NCBI RefSeq assembly: GCF_963921235.1
Contig: NC_086108.1
Location: forward strand, 5,890,001 to 5,954,000
Direction of reading: 5' to 3'
DNA length: 64,000 nucleotides
DNA from: Mobula hypostoma
Lineage: Eukaryota
The number at the start of each line of letters is the position of its first letter. Within the stretch, counting starts at the first letter, position 1. The translations under genes were made by a program, and so were the position numbers. The notes under the pieces are model-generated. The model ran no database searches. It was not told the origin of the DNA and saw nothing but the letters and a program-made list of their open reading frames with translations. This document shows positions 13,656-27,145 of this stretch, in pieces.

Positions 13656-16410
13656 CCAGTGTGGATAACTTCACTCACCACGATGAGCCTCAGGTCCCAC
13701 ACCACCAGGTTCAGGAACAGTTATTACCCCACAACCATCAGGCTCCTGAACCAGTGTGGATAACTTCACTCACCACAATGAGCCTCAGGTCCCACACCAC
13801 CAGCTTCAGGAACAGTTATTACCCCACAACCATCAGGCTCCTGAACCAGTGTGGATAACTTCACTCACCACAATGAGCCTCAGGTCCCACACCACCAGGT
13901 TCAGGAACAGTTATTACCCCACAACCATCAGGCTCCTGAACCAGTGTGGATAACTTCACTCACCACGATGAGCCTCAGGTCCCACACCACCAGGTTCAGG
14001 AACAGTTATTACCCCACAACCATCAGGCTCCTGAACCAGTGTGGATAACTTCACTCACCACAATGAGCCTCAGGTCCCACACCACCAGGTTCAGGAACAG
14101 TTATTACCCCACAACCATCAGACTCCTGAACCAGTGTGGATAACTTCACTCACCACAATGAGCCTCAGGTCCCACACCACCGGGTTCAGGAACAGTTATT
14201 ACCCCTTAACCATCAGGCTCCTGAACCAGTGTGGATAACTTCACTCACCACAATGAGCCTCAGGTCCCACACCGCCAGCTTCAGGAACAATTATTACCCC
14301 ACAACCATCGGCCTCCTGAACCAGTGTGGATAACTTCACTCACCACAATGAGCCTCAGGTCCCACACCACCAGGTTCAGGAACAGTTATTACCCCACAAC
14401 CATCAGGCTCCTGAACCAGTGTGGATAACTTCACTCACCACAATGAGCCTCAGGTCCCACACCACCAGGTTCAGGAACAGTTATTACCCCACAACCATCA
14501 GGCTCCTGAACCAGTGTGGATAACTTCACTCACCACAATGAGCCTCAGGTCTCACACCACCAGGTTCAGGAACAATTATTGCCCTGAAACCATCAGGCTC
14601 CTGAACCAGTGTGGATAACTTCACTCACCACAATGAGCCTCAGGTCCCACACCACCGGGTTCAGGAACAGTTATTACCCCTTAACCATCAGGCTCCTGAA
14701 CCAGTGTGGATAACTTCACTCACCACGATGAGCCTCAGGTCCCACACCACCAGGTTCAGGAACAGTTATTACCCCACAACCATCAGGCTCCTGAACCAGT
14801 GTGGATAACTTCACTCACCACGATGAGCCTCAGGTCCCACACCACCAGGTTCAGGAACAGTTATTACCCCACAACCATCAGGCTCCTGAACCAGTGTGGA
14901 TAACTTCACTCACCACAATGAGCCTCAGGTCTCACACCACCAGGTTCAGGAACAATTATTGCCCTGAAACCATCAGGCTCCTGAACCAGTGTGGATAACT
15001 TCACTCACCACAATGAGCCTCAGGTCCCACACCACCAGGTTCAGGAACAGTTATTACCCCACAACCATCAGGCTCCTGAACCAGTGTGGATAACTTCACT
15101 CACCACGATGAGCCTCAGGTCCCACACCACCAGGTTCAGGAACAGTTATTACCCCACAACCATCAGGCTCCTGAACCAGTGTGGATAACTTCACTCACCA
15201 CAATGAGCCTCAGGTCTCACATCACCAGGTTCAGGAACAGTTATTACCCCACAACCATCAGGCTCCTGAACCAGTGTGGATAACTTCACTCACCACGATG
15301 AGCCTCAGGTCCCACACCACCAGGTTCAGGAACAGTTATTACCCCACAACCATCAGGCTCCTGAACCAGTGTGGATAACTTCACCCACCACAATGAGCCT
15401 CAGGTCCCACACCACCAGGTTCAGGAACAATTATCACCCCACAACCATCAGGCTCCTGAACCAGTGTGGATAACTTCACTCACCACAATGAGCCTCAGGT
15501 CCCACACCACCAGGTTCAGGAACAATTATCACCCCACAACCATCAGGCTCCTGAACCAGTGTGGATAACTTCACTCACCACAATGAGCCTCAGGTCCCAC
15601 ACCACCAGGTTCAGGAACAATTATCACCCCACAACCATCAGGCTCCTGAACCAGTGTGGATAACTTCACTCACCACAATGAGCCTCAGGTCCCACACCAC
15701 CAGGTTCAGGAACAGTTATTACCCCTCAACCATCAGGTTCCTGAACCAGTGTGGATAACTTCACTCACCACGATGAGCCTCAGGTCCCACACCACCAGGT
15801 TCAGGAACAGTTATTACCCCACAACCATCAGGCTCCTGAACCAGTGTGGATAACTTCACTCACCACAATGAGCCTCAGGTCTCACATCACCAGGTTCAGG
15901 AACAGTTATTACCCCACAACCATCAGGCTCCTGAACCAGTGTGGATAACTTCACTCACCACGATGAGCCTCAGGTCCCACACCACCAGGTTCAGGAACAG
16001 TTATTACCCCACAACCATCAGGCTCCTGAACCAGTGTGGATAACTTCACCCACCACAATGAGCCTCAGGTCCCACACCACCAGGTTCAGGAACAATTATC
16101 ACCCCACAACCATCAGGCTCCTGAACCAGTGTGGATAACTTCACTCACCACAATGAGCCTCAGGTCCCACACCACCAGGTTCAGGAACAGTTATTACCCC
16201 ACAACCATCAGGCTCCTGAACCAGTGTGGATAACTTCACTCACCACAATGAGCCTCAGGTCCCACACCACCAGGTTCAGGAACAGTTATTACCCCACAAC
16301 CATCAGGCTCCTGAACCAGTGTGGATAACTTCACTCACCACAATAAGCCTCAGGTCCCACACCACCAGGTTCAGGGACAATTATTACCCCTCAACCATCA
16401 AGCTCTTGAA
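13656..16410 (+). repeat. Tandem satellite, 29 x 95 bp, derived from a LINE ORF2 C-terminus and 3'UTR start
   Basis: Unit CCAGTGTGGATAAC...GGCTCCTGAA recurs every 95 bp with no indels; encodes SLRSHTTRFRNSYYPTTIRLLN; last unit runs into the LINE 3'UTR (to ~16600). Confidence 0.97.
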
Positions 16411-17044
16411 ACCATTAGGCTTCACTCACCTTAACTCTAAACTGATTCCACAACCTACAGACTCATTTTCAAGGACTTGACAACTGATATTTGCACAACT
16501 TGTCTTCTTTTGCACATTGATTGTTTATCAGTCTTTGTTTATGTACGGTTTTCATAAATTTTATTTATTTCTTTATTTTCTTGGAAACACCTGCAAAGAA
16601 AATTCAAAGATTTAAAGTACTTTTATTATCAAAGTATGCATGCGATATACAACCCTGAGATTCGACTTCCCACAGATGGTCATGAAACAAACAAAATCAT
16701 GGAACCCGTTCAAAGAAAACCATCAAACCCCACCAAAACTCACATAAAACAAATTGCGCAAATAGCAATAAGAAAAAAATGAGCTAAAAAACAATATAAG
16801 ACACAAAATTGAAAGAATCCAGGCATGTTCACCTCAACTCAGTGTTTATTACCTGCTGGCTGCTCTGATTCAAATTTGCCGTAAAATAGCAACAAAAAAA
16901 GGAGTGACCAGGAACCAGAAACACATCATAACATGAGCTATAGAGTCCGATCCACAAACTGATTCCATTAAACCTTGCTCCAGATCCAGAACCATCTCTT
17001 GACTGGAGGGAGGGAGGGACGGGGGGTAGGGAGGGTGGGAGGGG

Positions 17045-17075
<31 letters not shown>

Positions 17076-17744
17076 GATAGCTACAAGGTGATAGGTGAAG
17101 CCAGCTGGGTGGGAAAGGTCAAGGGCTGGAGAGAAAGGAATCTGATAGGAGAGCAGAGTGGAACAGAGGAGAAGGGGAAGGAGGAGGGGGCCCAAAGGGA
17201 CATGATAGGCAGGTGAGAAGAGGTAAGAGGCCAGAATGGGGAATAGGAGAGGGGGGTGAAATTTGTTTATCACAAGGAAAAATTGAAGTGTTGCTTCTCC
17301 ACCCTGAGGTTGGCCTCATTGTGGCACAAGAGGAGGCCATGGACCAACACGTCAGAAACACTGCACTCTGGCAAAACCATGTGCATGACTGTTTACAATC
17401 AATGATGTGTGCTGTCCTTCCCAAGTTACTTCCTCCTCACCATCCACCAGTTCTATAAATGTGGCCCATCGTATACCAACCATTGTCACTGAAAGGGCCC
17501 CCAGATTGATCTACCTTCAGAATCAGAACCAGGTTTAATATCACCAACATGTGTCATGAAATTTGTTCAACAGGAAGAAACTCAACACAGTGGCATAGAA
17601 ACCCCACTGCCAACTAGCGTTTTGGCGGTGAATTGCAGAGCAACGCGGACACACCAATGCACAAGTATAAATGCTCACAATGGCGTAGCCCACTTGCGTA
17701 GGCTACTATGCAGAAGTATATATCAGCCTTAAGTACTGACCATG

Positions 17745-17958
17745 CAGGGTGCCCAAACTTTTGCTTCAGGCCCTTTTCCTTTTTTGTTATTTTGAAACTG
17801 TAAAAGATGGAAATAAAAAGTAATCTTGCTCAAAATATTAAAGAAATGTGTCATCTTTAACTTTATGCCTTTTGGAAATCAGGTCATCTTTTACTCGCTT
17901 AGCTATTCATAGTAACAGAAATTTTGACCAGAGGTGCACAAACTTTTGTATGCCACTG
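17745..17958 (+). mobile_element. Tc1-like transposon right end (IR/DR type)
   Basis: Two direct repeats GGTGC(C/A)CAAACTTTTG, terminating ..GCCACTG next to a TA-rich tract. Confidence 0.6.
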
Positions 17959-18879
17959 TGTGTGTATATATATGTATATATATAAATAGTTAAGTTAAAT
18001 AACTTCCAGAAATAGAAGTAAAGAAAGTAGTGAGGTAATGTTCATGGGTTCAATGTCCAATCAGAAACCTGATGGCAGAGGGGAAGAAACTGTTCATGAA
18101 TTGTTGAGTGTGTGTCTTCAGGCTCCTGTATCTCCTTCCTGATGGTAACAATGAGAAGAGGGCATGTCCTGGGTGATGGGGGTCTTTAATGATGGATGCC
18201 TCCTTTTTGAGGCATCGCTCCCTTGAAGACGTCTTGGATACTATGGAGGCTATTGCCCATGATGGAGCTGACTGAGTTTACAACTCTGCAGTTTACTTTG
18301 ATCTGTGGAGACCACCCCCCCCCCCGTACCAGATGGTGTTGCAGCCAGTTAGAATGTTTCTGTACTTAAAATCTACCTTCACTGTCGCACCACTCCAAGC
18401 ACCTCTGTTTAAGTTTGCTCTTCTAAATGTGAGATCACTTTCAAATAATACTTTTATCCTAAATGATTTTATTAAAGGTTCGAGGATTCAAAGTTCGTTT
18501 ATTTTCAAAGTATGTATACAGTATACAACACTGAAATTCATGTTCTTAAACACAGCCACGAAACAAAGAAAACCATGGAACCTGTTCAAAGAAAAACAGC
18601 AAACACCCCTTCCCCCACCACGTGCAAAGAAGACAAATAGCAAAAAAAAGTGAAAAACACAGAATATTAAACACATAATCAAAAACAGTCTAAGCATATT
18701 CAGTTCAGCTCAGTGTTCATTATCTGCAGCGAACTCCAATGCAAAGTCACCCAAAACAACCTGCCACAAAATAAGCAAGAATACGTAACTTATTCCTTTC
18801 GCTTTTACCATGCCTCCTCTAAATGTGCCCATAATAAACACACAGAATATGAAGCAGGTAGAGAATAGTTACATGGCTC

Positions 18880-19755
18880 CGACCACTAAACATATCTTTA
18901 CCTCCCCACGCCCCCGCTTTCTGCAGGGATTGCTCCCTCCACGATTCCCTTGTCCATTTGTCCCTCCCCACTAATCGCTCTGCTGAGACTTACCCCTGCA
19001 AACAGCCCAAGTGCTACACCTGGTCATTCACCTCCTCCCTCACCTCCATTCAGTGCCCCAAACAGTCCTTCCAGGTGAGGCAACACTTCACCTGTGAACC
19101 TGCTGGGGTCGCCTATTGTCTCCCATGCTCCCAATGCAGCCTCCTCTACATCAGTGAGACCCGTCATGAACTGGGGAACTGTTTCATCAAGCACCTCCAC
19201 ATCACTGGCCAAACATTTCAATTTTGATTCCCATTTCTGTTCTAACATGTCGGTCCATGGACTCCTCTTGTGCCAAGATGAGGCCACCCTCAGGATGGAG
19301 GAGCAACACCTTATATTCTGTTTGGGTAGCTTCCAACCTGATGGCATGAATATCAATTTCTCCTTCTAGTAAACAAATACTCCCCCCCAACCCTGCCGCA
19401 CTCCTTTATTCCCCACTCTGACCTTTGCTTCTTTCCACCTGCCTATCATCTCCCCCAGAGTCTTCCCCTCTTCCCTTTCTCCTAGTGCCCACTCTCCTCT
19501 CCTATCAGATTCCTTCCTCTCCAGCCCTTGACCTTTCCCACCCATCACCTTCCAGCTGTCCTCTTTCCCCTCCCCCCACCCTTTTTATTCTGACATCTGC
19601 CCCCCTCTTTTCCTGACCTGATGAAGGGTCTTGGCCCAAAATGTTGACTGTTTTTTTCATTTCTGTTGATACTGCTTGACCTGTTGAGTTCCTTCAGCAT
19701 TTTGTTTGCGTTGCTTTGGACTTCCAGCATCTGCAGAATCTCTTGAGTTTATGAA
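18880..19755 (+). mobile_element. Penelope-like element 3' part with GIY-YIG endonuclease remnant and hammerhead tail
   Basis: FTCEPAGVAYCLPCSQCSLLYISETRHELGNCFIKH; EEQHLIFCLGSFQPDGMNINF; CTGATGAagggtcttggccc at ~19618. Confidence 0.85.
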
Positions 19756-20054
19756 TTATTTTTAATTATTTCTGTTGCATCTGGACTAGTCCCTTAGAGC
19801 TGTTGTTGTTGTTCGTCTCCGCGCCTCATGGTGCATCAGGCAGAAACCTTGCTGTTTCTTTACCACTCTTGTCTGTTTTTTACAGAGAGTGCTAACCTGA
19901 CGCTCTACCCAGCACGGATGGAAAGCGAGCAAGGAGCCAGCCAGATTCGAACCTGGGACAACTCGACTCGAAGTCTGGTGCGGATGCCATTGCACCACTA
20001 GCCAGCAGACCCTCAGAGCCGTAGTTCTCAATGCAGGCCATATGCAGCAGTTTT

Positions 20055-20690
20055 GTTTATTGTCATTCAGAAATGCATGCATTAAAAAATGACACGATGT
20101 TCCTCCAGAATGATATCACAAAAAACACAGGACAAACCATGACTAAAACTGACAAAACCACATAATTATAACATATAGTTACAACAGTGCAAAGCAATAC
20201 CGTAATTTGATAAAGAGCAGACCATGGACACGGTGAAAAAATAATCTCAAAGTCCCGATAGACTCATCATCCCACGCAGGCAGCAGAAGGGAGGAACTCT
20301 CCCCGCCATGAATCTCCAAGTGCTGCCAACTTGCCAATGTAGCACCATTGGAAGCACGTGACCGCAGCAGCTCTGAGTCCGTCCAAAAACTTCGAGCCTC
20401 CGACCAGCCCTCTGACACTGAGCATCGAGCGCCGTCCTCTGCCCAGCGCTTCAACCCCACCCCGGCCGCCGAGCAACAAGCAAATCCGAGGACTTGGGGC
20501 CTTCCCCTCCGGAGATTCTGGATCGCACAGTAGCAGCGGCAGTGAAGCAGGTATTTCAGAAGTTTCACCAGATGTTCCTCCGTGCTCTCATGTTTGTCTC
20601 CATCAAATCAGGATTGTGCACAGCACCCTACTTGACAGATAACAGACATCACCACCGGAGCGGCCGCTGCGAGCTGTGTCGCGTCGCCAT
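20055..20690 (-). mobile_element. CpG-rich non-autonomous retroposon ('family B'); copies at 25978-26668(-), 58345-58890(+), 62990-63520(+)
   Basis: Four similar copies; 5' (AAG)ATGGCG start in the fuller copies; 3' AATAAAAGAGGACTGCGTGTCCT(CATAAT)n tail. Confidence 0.75.
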
Positions 20691-21539
20691 TAACTCAGAG
20701 CCACCAATTCCTTCCCCAGGAGACCTTGCTCGATTTCATAGGGGCTACAAGAAACTGGGGGCCACAGGAGTTCCTGAATGGGTGACGATACGTTCACTGT
20801 TTTAATGAAATATTACCAAAACATTTTAATTGGAATGCTGAATGAAATGAATGAAATATGCTAGATTATGCAAATGAGGCATCTGAACAGTTTAGCCTGT
20901 GGGGGATGGTGGGAATGCGGCAGGACAATTGTTATCTCTGCTGCTGGTTGATCACACACAAATCACCGTTCACAGCCTTCAGGGTGCCCCACTCAGCCCC
21001 GCTCCACATCCACCCCCAAATCACAAACTGGGCAGGGCTGTCTATAGCAAGGCCGATCGGGAGGCTGGCTCTGTTTGCCTTCCAGAGACCTGCTGGAGAT
21101 GGATGTTGCAGATGGGGTGGTGGACTTTCTCTTCAACCTTCAGGGTCACGAACCAAAGGAGATAACTTCACTTGCCCCATCATTGAAATGTTCCCACAAC
21201 CAATGGACTCACTTTCAAGGACTCTTCATCACATGTTCTTGATATTTATTTATTATTATTATTTGTTTATTTTGGTAGCTACAGTTTGTCGTTTTTTATA
21301 CTCTGGTTGAATGCCCTAGCTGTGAGGCGGCCTTCCACTGATTCTGTTATGGTTATTATTTTTTGGATTTATTGAGTATGCCTGCAAGAAAATGAATCTG
21401 AGGGTTGTATGGTGACATGTGTGTACTTTGATCATAAAACTTCCTTTGAACTTTTGAAATTTGAACTATGTGGTGAATGTGAACGATGCTGACACCACAT
21501 TGCAACAATGTCTTATGGAGCTGCAGAGTGATAGAACGA

Positions 21540-21800
21540 ACCGTTTAAGCAAAATTTCTGGATGACTAGTGATATTCAAAATAAGCTTCCACAGCTCTGG
21601 GAGAAAGCCAAGCTGTTTTAAATTGGATTTCCCACCTCTCCTCTATTTGACTGTTGGTTTAGTTAAGCTCTCACCTGCTATCAAAAGCTCGTAACTATCC
21701 TGATGATGTGAAAAGAAGTGATCTTCGATTATCTATAAACAAGTTACAACCAGATGCTCAAAAACTTGGTAGTTTGCATCAGTTGCAAGGATCTTACTAA
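21540..21800 (+). mobile_element. Degenerate hAT transposase C-terminal (dimerisation domain) relic
   Basis: Translates with stops as FW...PQLWEKAK..GFPTS...DLRLSINKLQPDAQKL..HQLQGS. Confidence 0.55.
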
Positions 21801-22431
21801 ATACCCAAAGTAATAATATTAAGTGCTTTTTTTTGTTGCTGGTTAGAAGAATATTATATATGAATTATAAATCAATCATCATCACCCTATGCCATGGGTG
21901 ACCACGGTCTTCCATCTGTCTTTAATCTGATTATTCTTTTCGCTATCCATGACCATGGTTGTTCTTGACAAATTTTCCTACAGACATAGTTTACCATTGG
22001 CTTTTTCTGGGTAGTGTCTCCACAAGACGATGACCTCAGCCATTATCAATACTCTTCAAAGATCTTCTGCCTGGCATCAGTGGCTGCATAACCAGGACTT
22101 GTGATATGTACCAGCTGCTCATACGACCATCCATCACCTGCTCCCATGGCTTCACATGACTCTGATCGGTGGGGGGGGGGTGTGGGGGCTAAGCAGGTGC
22201 TACACCTTGCCCAAGGGTGTCCTGCAGGCTAGTGGAAAGAAGGTGCACCTTATACCCCCTTTGGTAGAGATGTATCTCCACCCCACCCACATTATAAATA
22301 AAGTTTCCTATTCACAGCTTTGAAATAGTTTACTTTTCATATACAATATTATATTTAGCATATAATAATATCTCTGACCTGTTTTTGTTGTGAGCCCTTT
22401 GTCGATCAGGGTGAGCCATAGATGTTACATC

Positions 22432-22665
22432 TGTGGTAAACCATATAGATATGTTGTAACTGGGTTACCTGTCTGGACACGCCCCTCTGCTGACGGCCCC
22501 TGTGGCTCCTCCCACAGAACCCTGAATAAAGGTGATTGCGCCATTGCTCCTCCTCGCAGTCCAGGGGCAGACACTTAGCATGGTGGAGGTCACATTTTAC
22601 TGCTAATAAAAGCCTTTCAGTATTTACTCTACTTCCAGTCTTTTGGAGTTATTGATGGTGCATCA
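22432..22665 (+). mobile_element. Solo LTR, 234 bp
   Basis: TG..CA ends, AATAAA, perfect 5-bp TSD ACATC (22427-22431 / 22666-22670). Confidence 0.85.
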
Positions 22666-23737
22666 ACATCCCAGCTGTCGAGATACGCAAGCCCAGGCAA
22701 TACGATATGGAGGGCAAGCTCCTCCTCTTCACGCAGCTGATGAGCCCAAAGAAACAGCAGAGACTGGTACAGTTTGGCACCAGCAGCATCGTGGAAATTA
22801 CCAGTTAGCGCTGAATTCAATGTAGGACTGCCTTTGGGGCTCCCACTCTGGATTTTCCTCAGGGGTTTACTCCCGAAACCTTCCCCATGAGTGGGTATAC
22901 CAGCCAGGCAGCGGAGGTTTGAGATCAGAGTTTTCCTTCTCTTAGATGAGCTGTCAACCACGGCTGACGAGCCCCATCTGCCCGAAGTGACTGGTTTTAA
23001 GGTGCCAGTAACCCGCCTTTGCCCTTCTCCTTTCAGTAGAAACGGTTCCGCCTAGTAGCTAAGCCACATGTGAAGGCCAGGAGCTGGACTTGGTTGTCAG
23101 AGGCTATTTGAGGCACATGTCATTAGGAGTATTTAATAAGTAGTGGGAGCTTGTTCCTATTACTACCCACAGGTATAACGACCTTAAGGACATGCTGAAT
23201 TCCTCCAGCATTTTTGGTCCACTGTCCTAATTATTTTAATATACAATCAATGGAGTCATGGAGACATAGAAAAGTACATCACAGAAGCAGGTCCTTTGGT
23301 CCATCTAGTCTGTGCCAAACCATTTAAACTGCCTGCTCCCATCAGCTTACACCTAGACCATAGCCCTCCATACCCCCTACCACCCACATACCTAACTAAA
23401 CTTCTCTTAAATGTTGAAATCAAGTTCACATGCTCCACTTGTGCTGGCAGCTCATTTCACACTCCCACCACCCTCTAAGTGAAGATGTTTCCTCTCCTGT
23501 TCCCCTTAAACCTTTCACCCTTCCCCCTTAACCCATGGCTTCTGGTTGTAGTTCCACCTAGCCTCGATGGAAAATATTTAGCAATATTCATCTTATAACC
23601 TGTTAAAACATAAATCTTGGCTGAATATTAAAATAATTAGTACAGTTGACCAAAAAAAAATCTTTCACAACTAACGGAGTGTGCCTTGAGCAGAGAAAGT
23701 TGCAGAATCAGAATCAGGTTTAATATCATCGGCATGT

Positions 23738-24312
23738 TATTTCCTGAGGAGACTGAGGTCCTCTAATATCTGCTGGATATTCCTGAGGATGTTCTACGAG
23801 TCTGTGGTGGCCAGTGCGATCATGTTTGCTGTTGTGTGCTGGGGCAGCAGGATGAGGGTAGCAGACACCAACAGAATCAACAAACTCATTCGTAAGGCCA
23901 GTGATGTTGTGGGGATGGAACTGGACTCTCTCACGGTGGTGTCTGAAAAGAGGATGCTGTCTAAGTTGCATGCCATCTTGGACAATGTCTCCCATCCACT
24001 ACATAATGTACTGGGTGGGCACAGGAGTACATTCAGCCAGAGACTCATTCCACCGAGATGCAACACTGAGCGTCATGGGAAGTCATTCCTGCCTGTGGCC
24101 ATCAAACCTTACAACTCCTCCCTTGGAGGGTCAGACACCCTGAGCCAATAGGCTGGTCCTGGACTTATTTCATAATTTACTGGCATAATTTACATATTAC
24201 TATTTAACTATTTATGGTTCTATTACTATTTATTATTTATGGTGCAACTGTAACGAAAACCAATTTCCCCCGGGATCAATAAAGTATGACTATGACTGTG
24301 ACTATGACTATG
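23738..24312 (+). mobile_element. Rex1/Babar-type LINE 3' end (second copy of the end at ~50880-51122)
   Basis: FYESVVASAIMFAVVCWG...SHPLH...RCNTERHGKSFLPVAIK; AATAAA followed by (CTATGA)n tail. Confidence 0.8.
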
Positions 24313-25214
24313 TGTCATGAAATTTTTTAACATTACGGTGGCAGTACATTGCAATACATGATAATAGAGAGAATAACTGTGAATTACAGTAAGTGTACAG
24401 TATATATGTATCTTCAATAGTAAAATTAAACTAAGTTGTGCAAAACACAGACATTTTAAAAAAAAGTAGTGAGGTAGTGTTCAAGGGTTCAATGTCCATT
24501 CAGAAATCTGATGACAGAGGGGAAGAAGCTGTTCCTGAATCGTTGAGTGTGTGCTTCAGGCTCCTGTACCTCCTCCCTGATGGTAGCAATGAGAAGAGGG
24601 CACGTCCTGGGTGGTGGGGGTCCTTTATGGTGAATGCTGCCTTTTTGAGGCACCCCTCCTTGAAGATGTCCCGGATACTACAGAGGGTGGGGTGGGGGGG
24701 GGCACAGAGGAATATGAAATTCAAGTCAGCCACAAGCAGAAAAAGGTTGAGGATCAGAATCAAGTTTAATACATCAGCATACCACCACCTTAGAGTAATT
24801 AAGATGCAAAATTTAGTTTCTCACTGGACACGGAACGTTGAATTTGGTCCAAAAACACTCTAAAAGAAACCCACTGAATTAAGTTCAAGAAGGTTTTAGG
24901 TGATCCTACTCTCATTATGTTTACTGTGAGCCATGAACACAGCACATTTTAAAGCAAAGCATACAGGTGGGAATGGAATGCTGCTAGTTTTTTTGCTTAA
25001 AATTACTGCGTAAATTAATCCTGGCTTGTCAATTTACGGCTGAAAGAATAATTCAAAGACAAGGGAACTAAGAAAATTAGCAGTGAATTCTGAAGCAGTT
25101 CTGCAGGGGCTGTGTTCAAAGTCATGTTGAATGGAATGAGTGATTATTAAAAGGACAATAGTTTTGTGAGCTGCAATCTACCCTCTGAATAAAAACTATT
25201 ATTAGCTGAATGCA

Positions 25215-25930
25215 AGCAGCCTAAATGCTACACCTCCTCCCTCACCCCGTTCAGGGCCACAGACAGTCCTCCCAGGCAAGGCAAATGTTGGGAATTGGAA
25301 ATTGGGATTTCAACTGCAAACCTGTTGGGATGGTCTATTGTGTCTGGTGCTGGAGATTCAGCCTCGTCTACATTGGTGAGTCCCATTGTAAATTGGGGGA
25401 CCGCTTCATCGAGCACCTCCACACCATCTGTCACAAGCAGGACTTTCTGGTGGCCAAACCTTTTAATTTTGATTCCTATTCTTGGTCCAACCAGTCAACC
25501 TATGGCTTCCTCTATGAGGCCACTCTTGGGGTGGAGGAGCAACACCTTGAATTCTATCTGGGTAATCTCCAACATGACGGCATGAATATCAATTTCTCGT
25601 TCCAGTGAATAAATTTCCTCCCCTCTCCTCTATTCCCCACTCTGACCTTTCACTTCTTCTCACCTGCCTATTACTTCCCCCTGGGTCCCCTCCTTCTTCC
25701 CTTTCCCCTGTGGTCCACGCTCCTCTCCTATCAGATTCTTTCTTCTCCAGCCCGTGACCTTTCCCACTCACCTGCCTTCACCTATCATCTTTCCCCTCCC
25801 CCCACCTTTTTATTCTGGCATCTTCCCCCTTCTTTCTGAGTCTTGGGGGAGAGTCTCGACCCAAAATGTCAACTGTTTATCCATTTCCATCTTCCGATTT
25901 ACTGAGTTCCTCCAGCATTTTGTGTGTGTT
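25215..25930 (+). mobile_element. Penelope-like element GIY-YIG remnant
   Basis: GMVYCVWCWRFSLVYIGESHCKLGDRFIEH contains the VY..YIG..R..EH signature. Confidence 0.85.
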
Positions 25931-26699
25931 TTTCGTAGCAGTCCCATTCTAGAGACTTCAGTGCAAAACCTAAATATTATTATGATTATGATTATGATTA
26001 TGAGGACACGCAGTCCTCTTTTATTGTCATTTAGTAATGCATGCATTAAGAAATGATACAATGTTCCTCCAGAGAGATATCACAGAAACACAAGACAAAC
26101 CAAGACTAAAAAAACTGACAAAAACCACATAATTATAACATATAGTTACAACAGTGCAAAGCAATCCATAACTTGATGAAGAACAGACCATGGGCACAGT
26201 AAAAAAAAGTCTCAAAGTCTTCCGAAAGTCCCATCATCTCACGCCGACGGTAGAAGGAAGAGAAACTCTCTTCCTGCCATGAGCTTCCAGCGCTGCAAAT
26301 TTGCCGATGCAGCATCCTGGAAGCACCCAACCACAGCTGACTCTTGAGTCCATCCAAAAACTTTGAGCCTCCGACCAGCCCTCTGACATCGAGCACCGAA
26401 CACCATCTCTGCTGAGCGCTTTGACCCCGGCCCCGGCAACAGGCAATAGGCAAAGCCGAGGATTTGGGGCCTTCCCCTCCGGAGATTCTCGATCGCACAG
26501 TAGCGGCGGCAGTGAAGCAGGCATTTCAGAAGTTTCTCCAGATGTTCCTCTGTGCTTCTCACGTCCGTCTCCATCAAATCAGGATTGTGCACGGCATCCT
26601 ACTTCACAAATATGATATCATTTCGGAGCAGCTGCGCGTGCTGCGTTGTGCCGCCATCTTCTCCTCCTCCTACTTATTATCTTACTCTTATTATCTGTT

Positions 26700-27145
26700 G
26701 TTATCTGTGTTAATCTCCATCTACCATTTCTCAGCCCTATTTTCAAATGACCTACATCGTGCTGTATTCTTTGCCAGTCTCCTACACTACCCAGATCTCC
26801 ACCAATCTTGGTATGATCAGAAAACTTACTAACCCACCCATCTACATTTTTGTCCAGGTTATTTATATACATCACAAACAGCAGAGGTCCCAGCACAGAT
26901 CGCTGCGGAACTCCACCAACTACAGGCTGCTGGCTTGAATAAGTCCCTTCAACAATTACCATCTGTCTTGTAGTTCTGAATCCAAATAGCCAATTCACCA
27001 TGGATCCCATGCATCTTAATCTTCTGGATGAGCCTCCCATGAGGGACTTTGTCAAACACCTTACTAAAATCCATGTAGACAACATCCACTGCCCTACCCT
27101 CATCAGTCTCTCTCACCACCTTGTCAAAAATCTCAATCAAGTTGG
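26700..27145 (-). mobile_element. CR1 reverse transcriptase fragment
   Basis: VDVVYMDFSKVFDKVPH; GVPQRSVLGPLLFVMYINNLD..SKFSDHTKIG. Confidence 0.9.

Noticed and set aside
13238..13705. 155-aa host gene (SCAN-like)
   Set aside because: The start lies within the satellite; the rest is a truncated gypsy gag remnant without splice support
13656..16410. CRISPR array or tandem family of 65-aa genes
   Set aside because: No unique spacers, no cas genes and a eukaryotic context; the ORFs arise from a 95-bp period shifting frame in LINE-derived sequence
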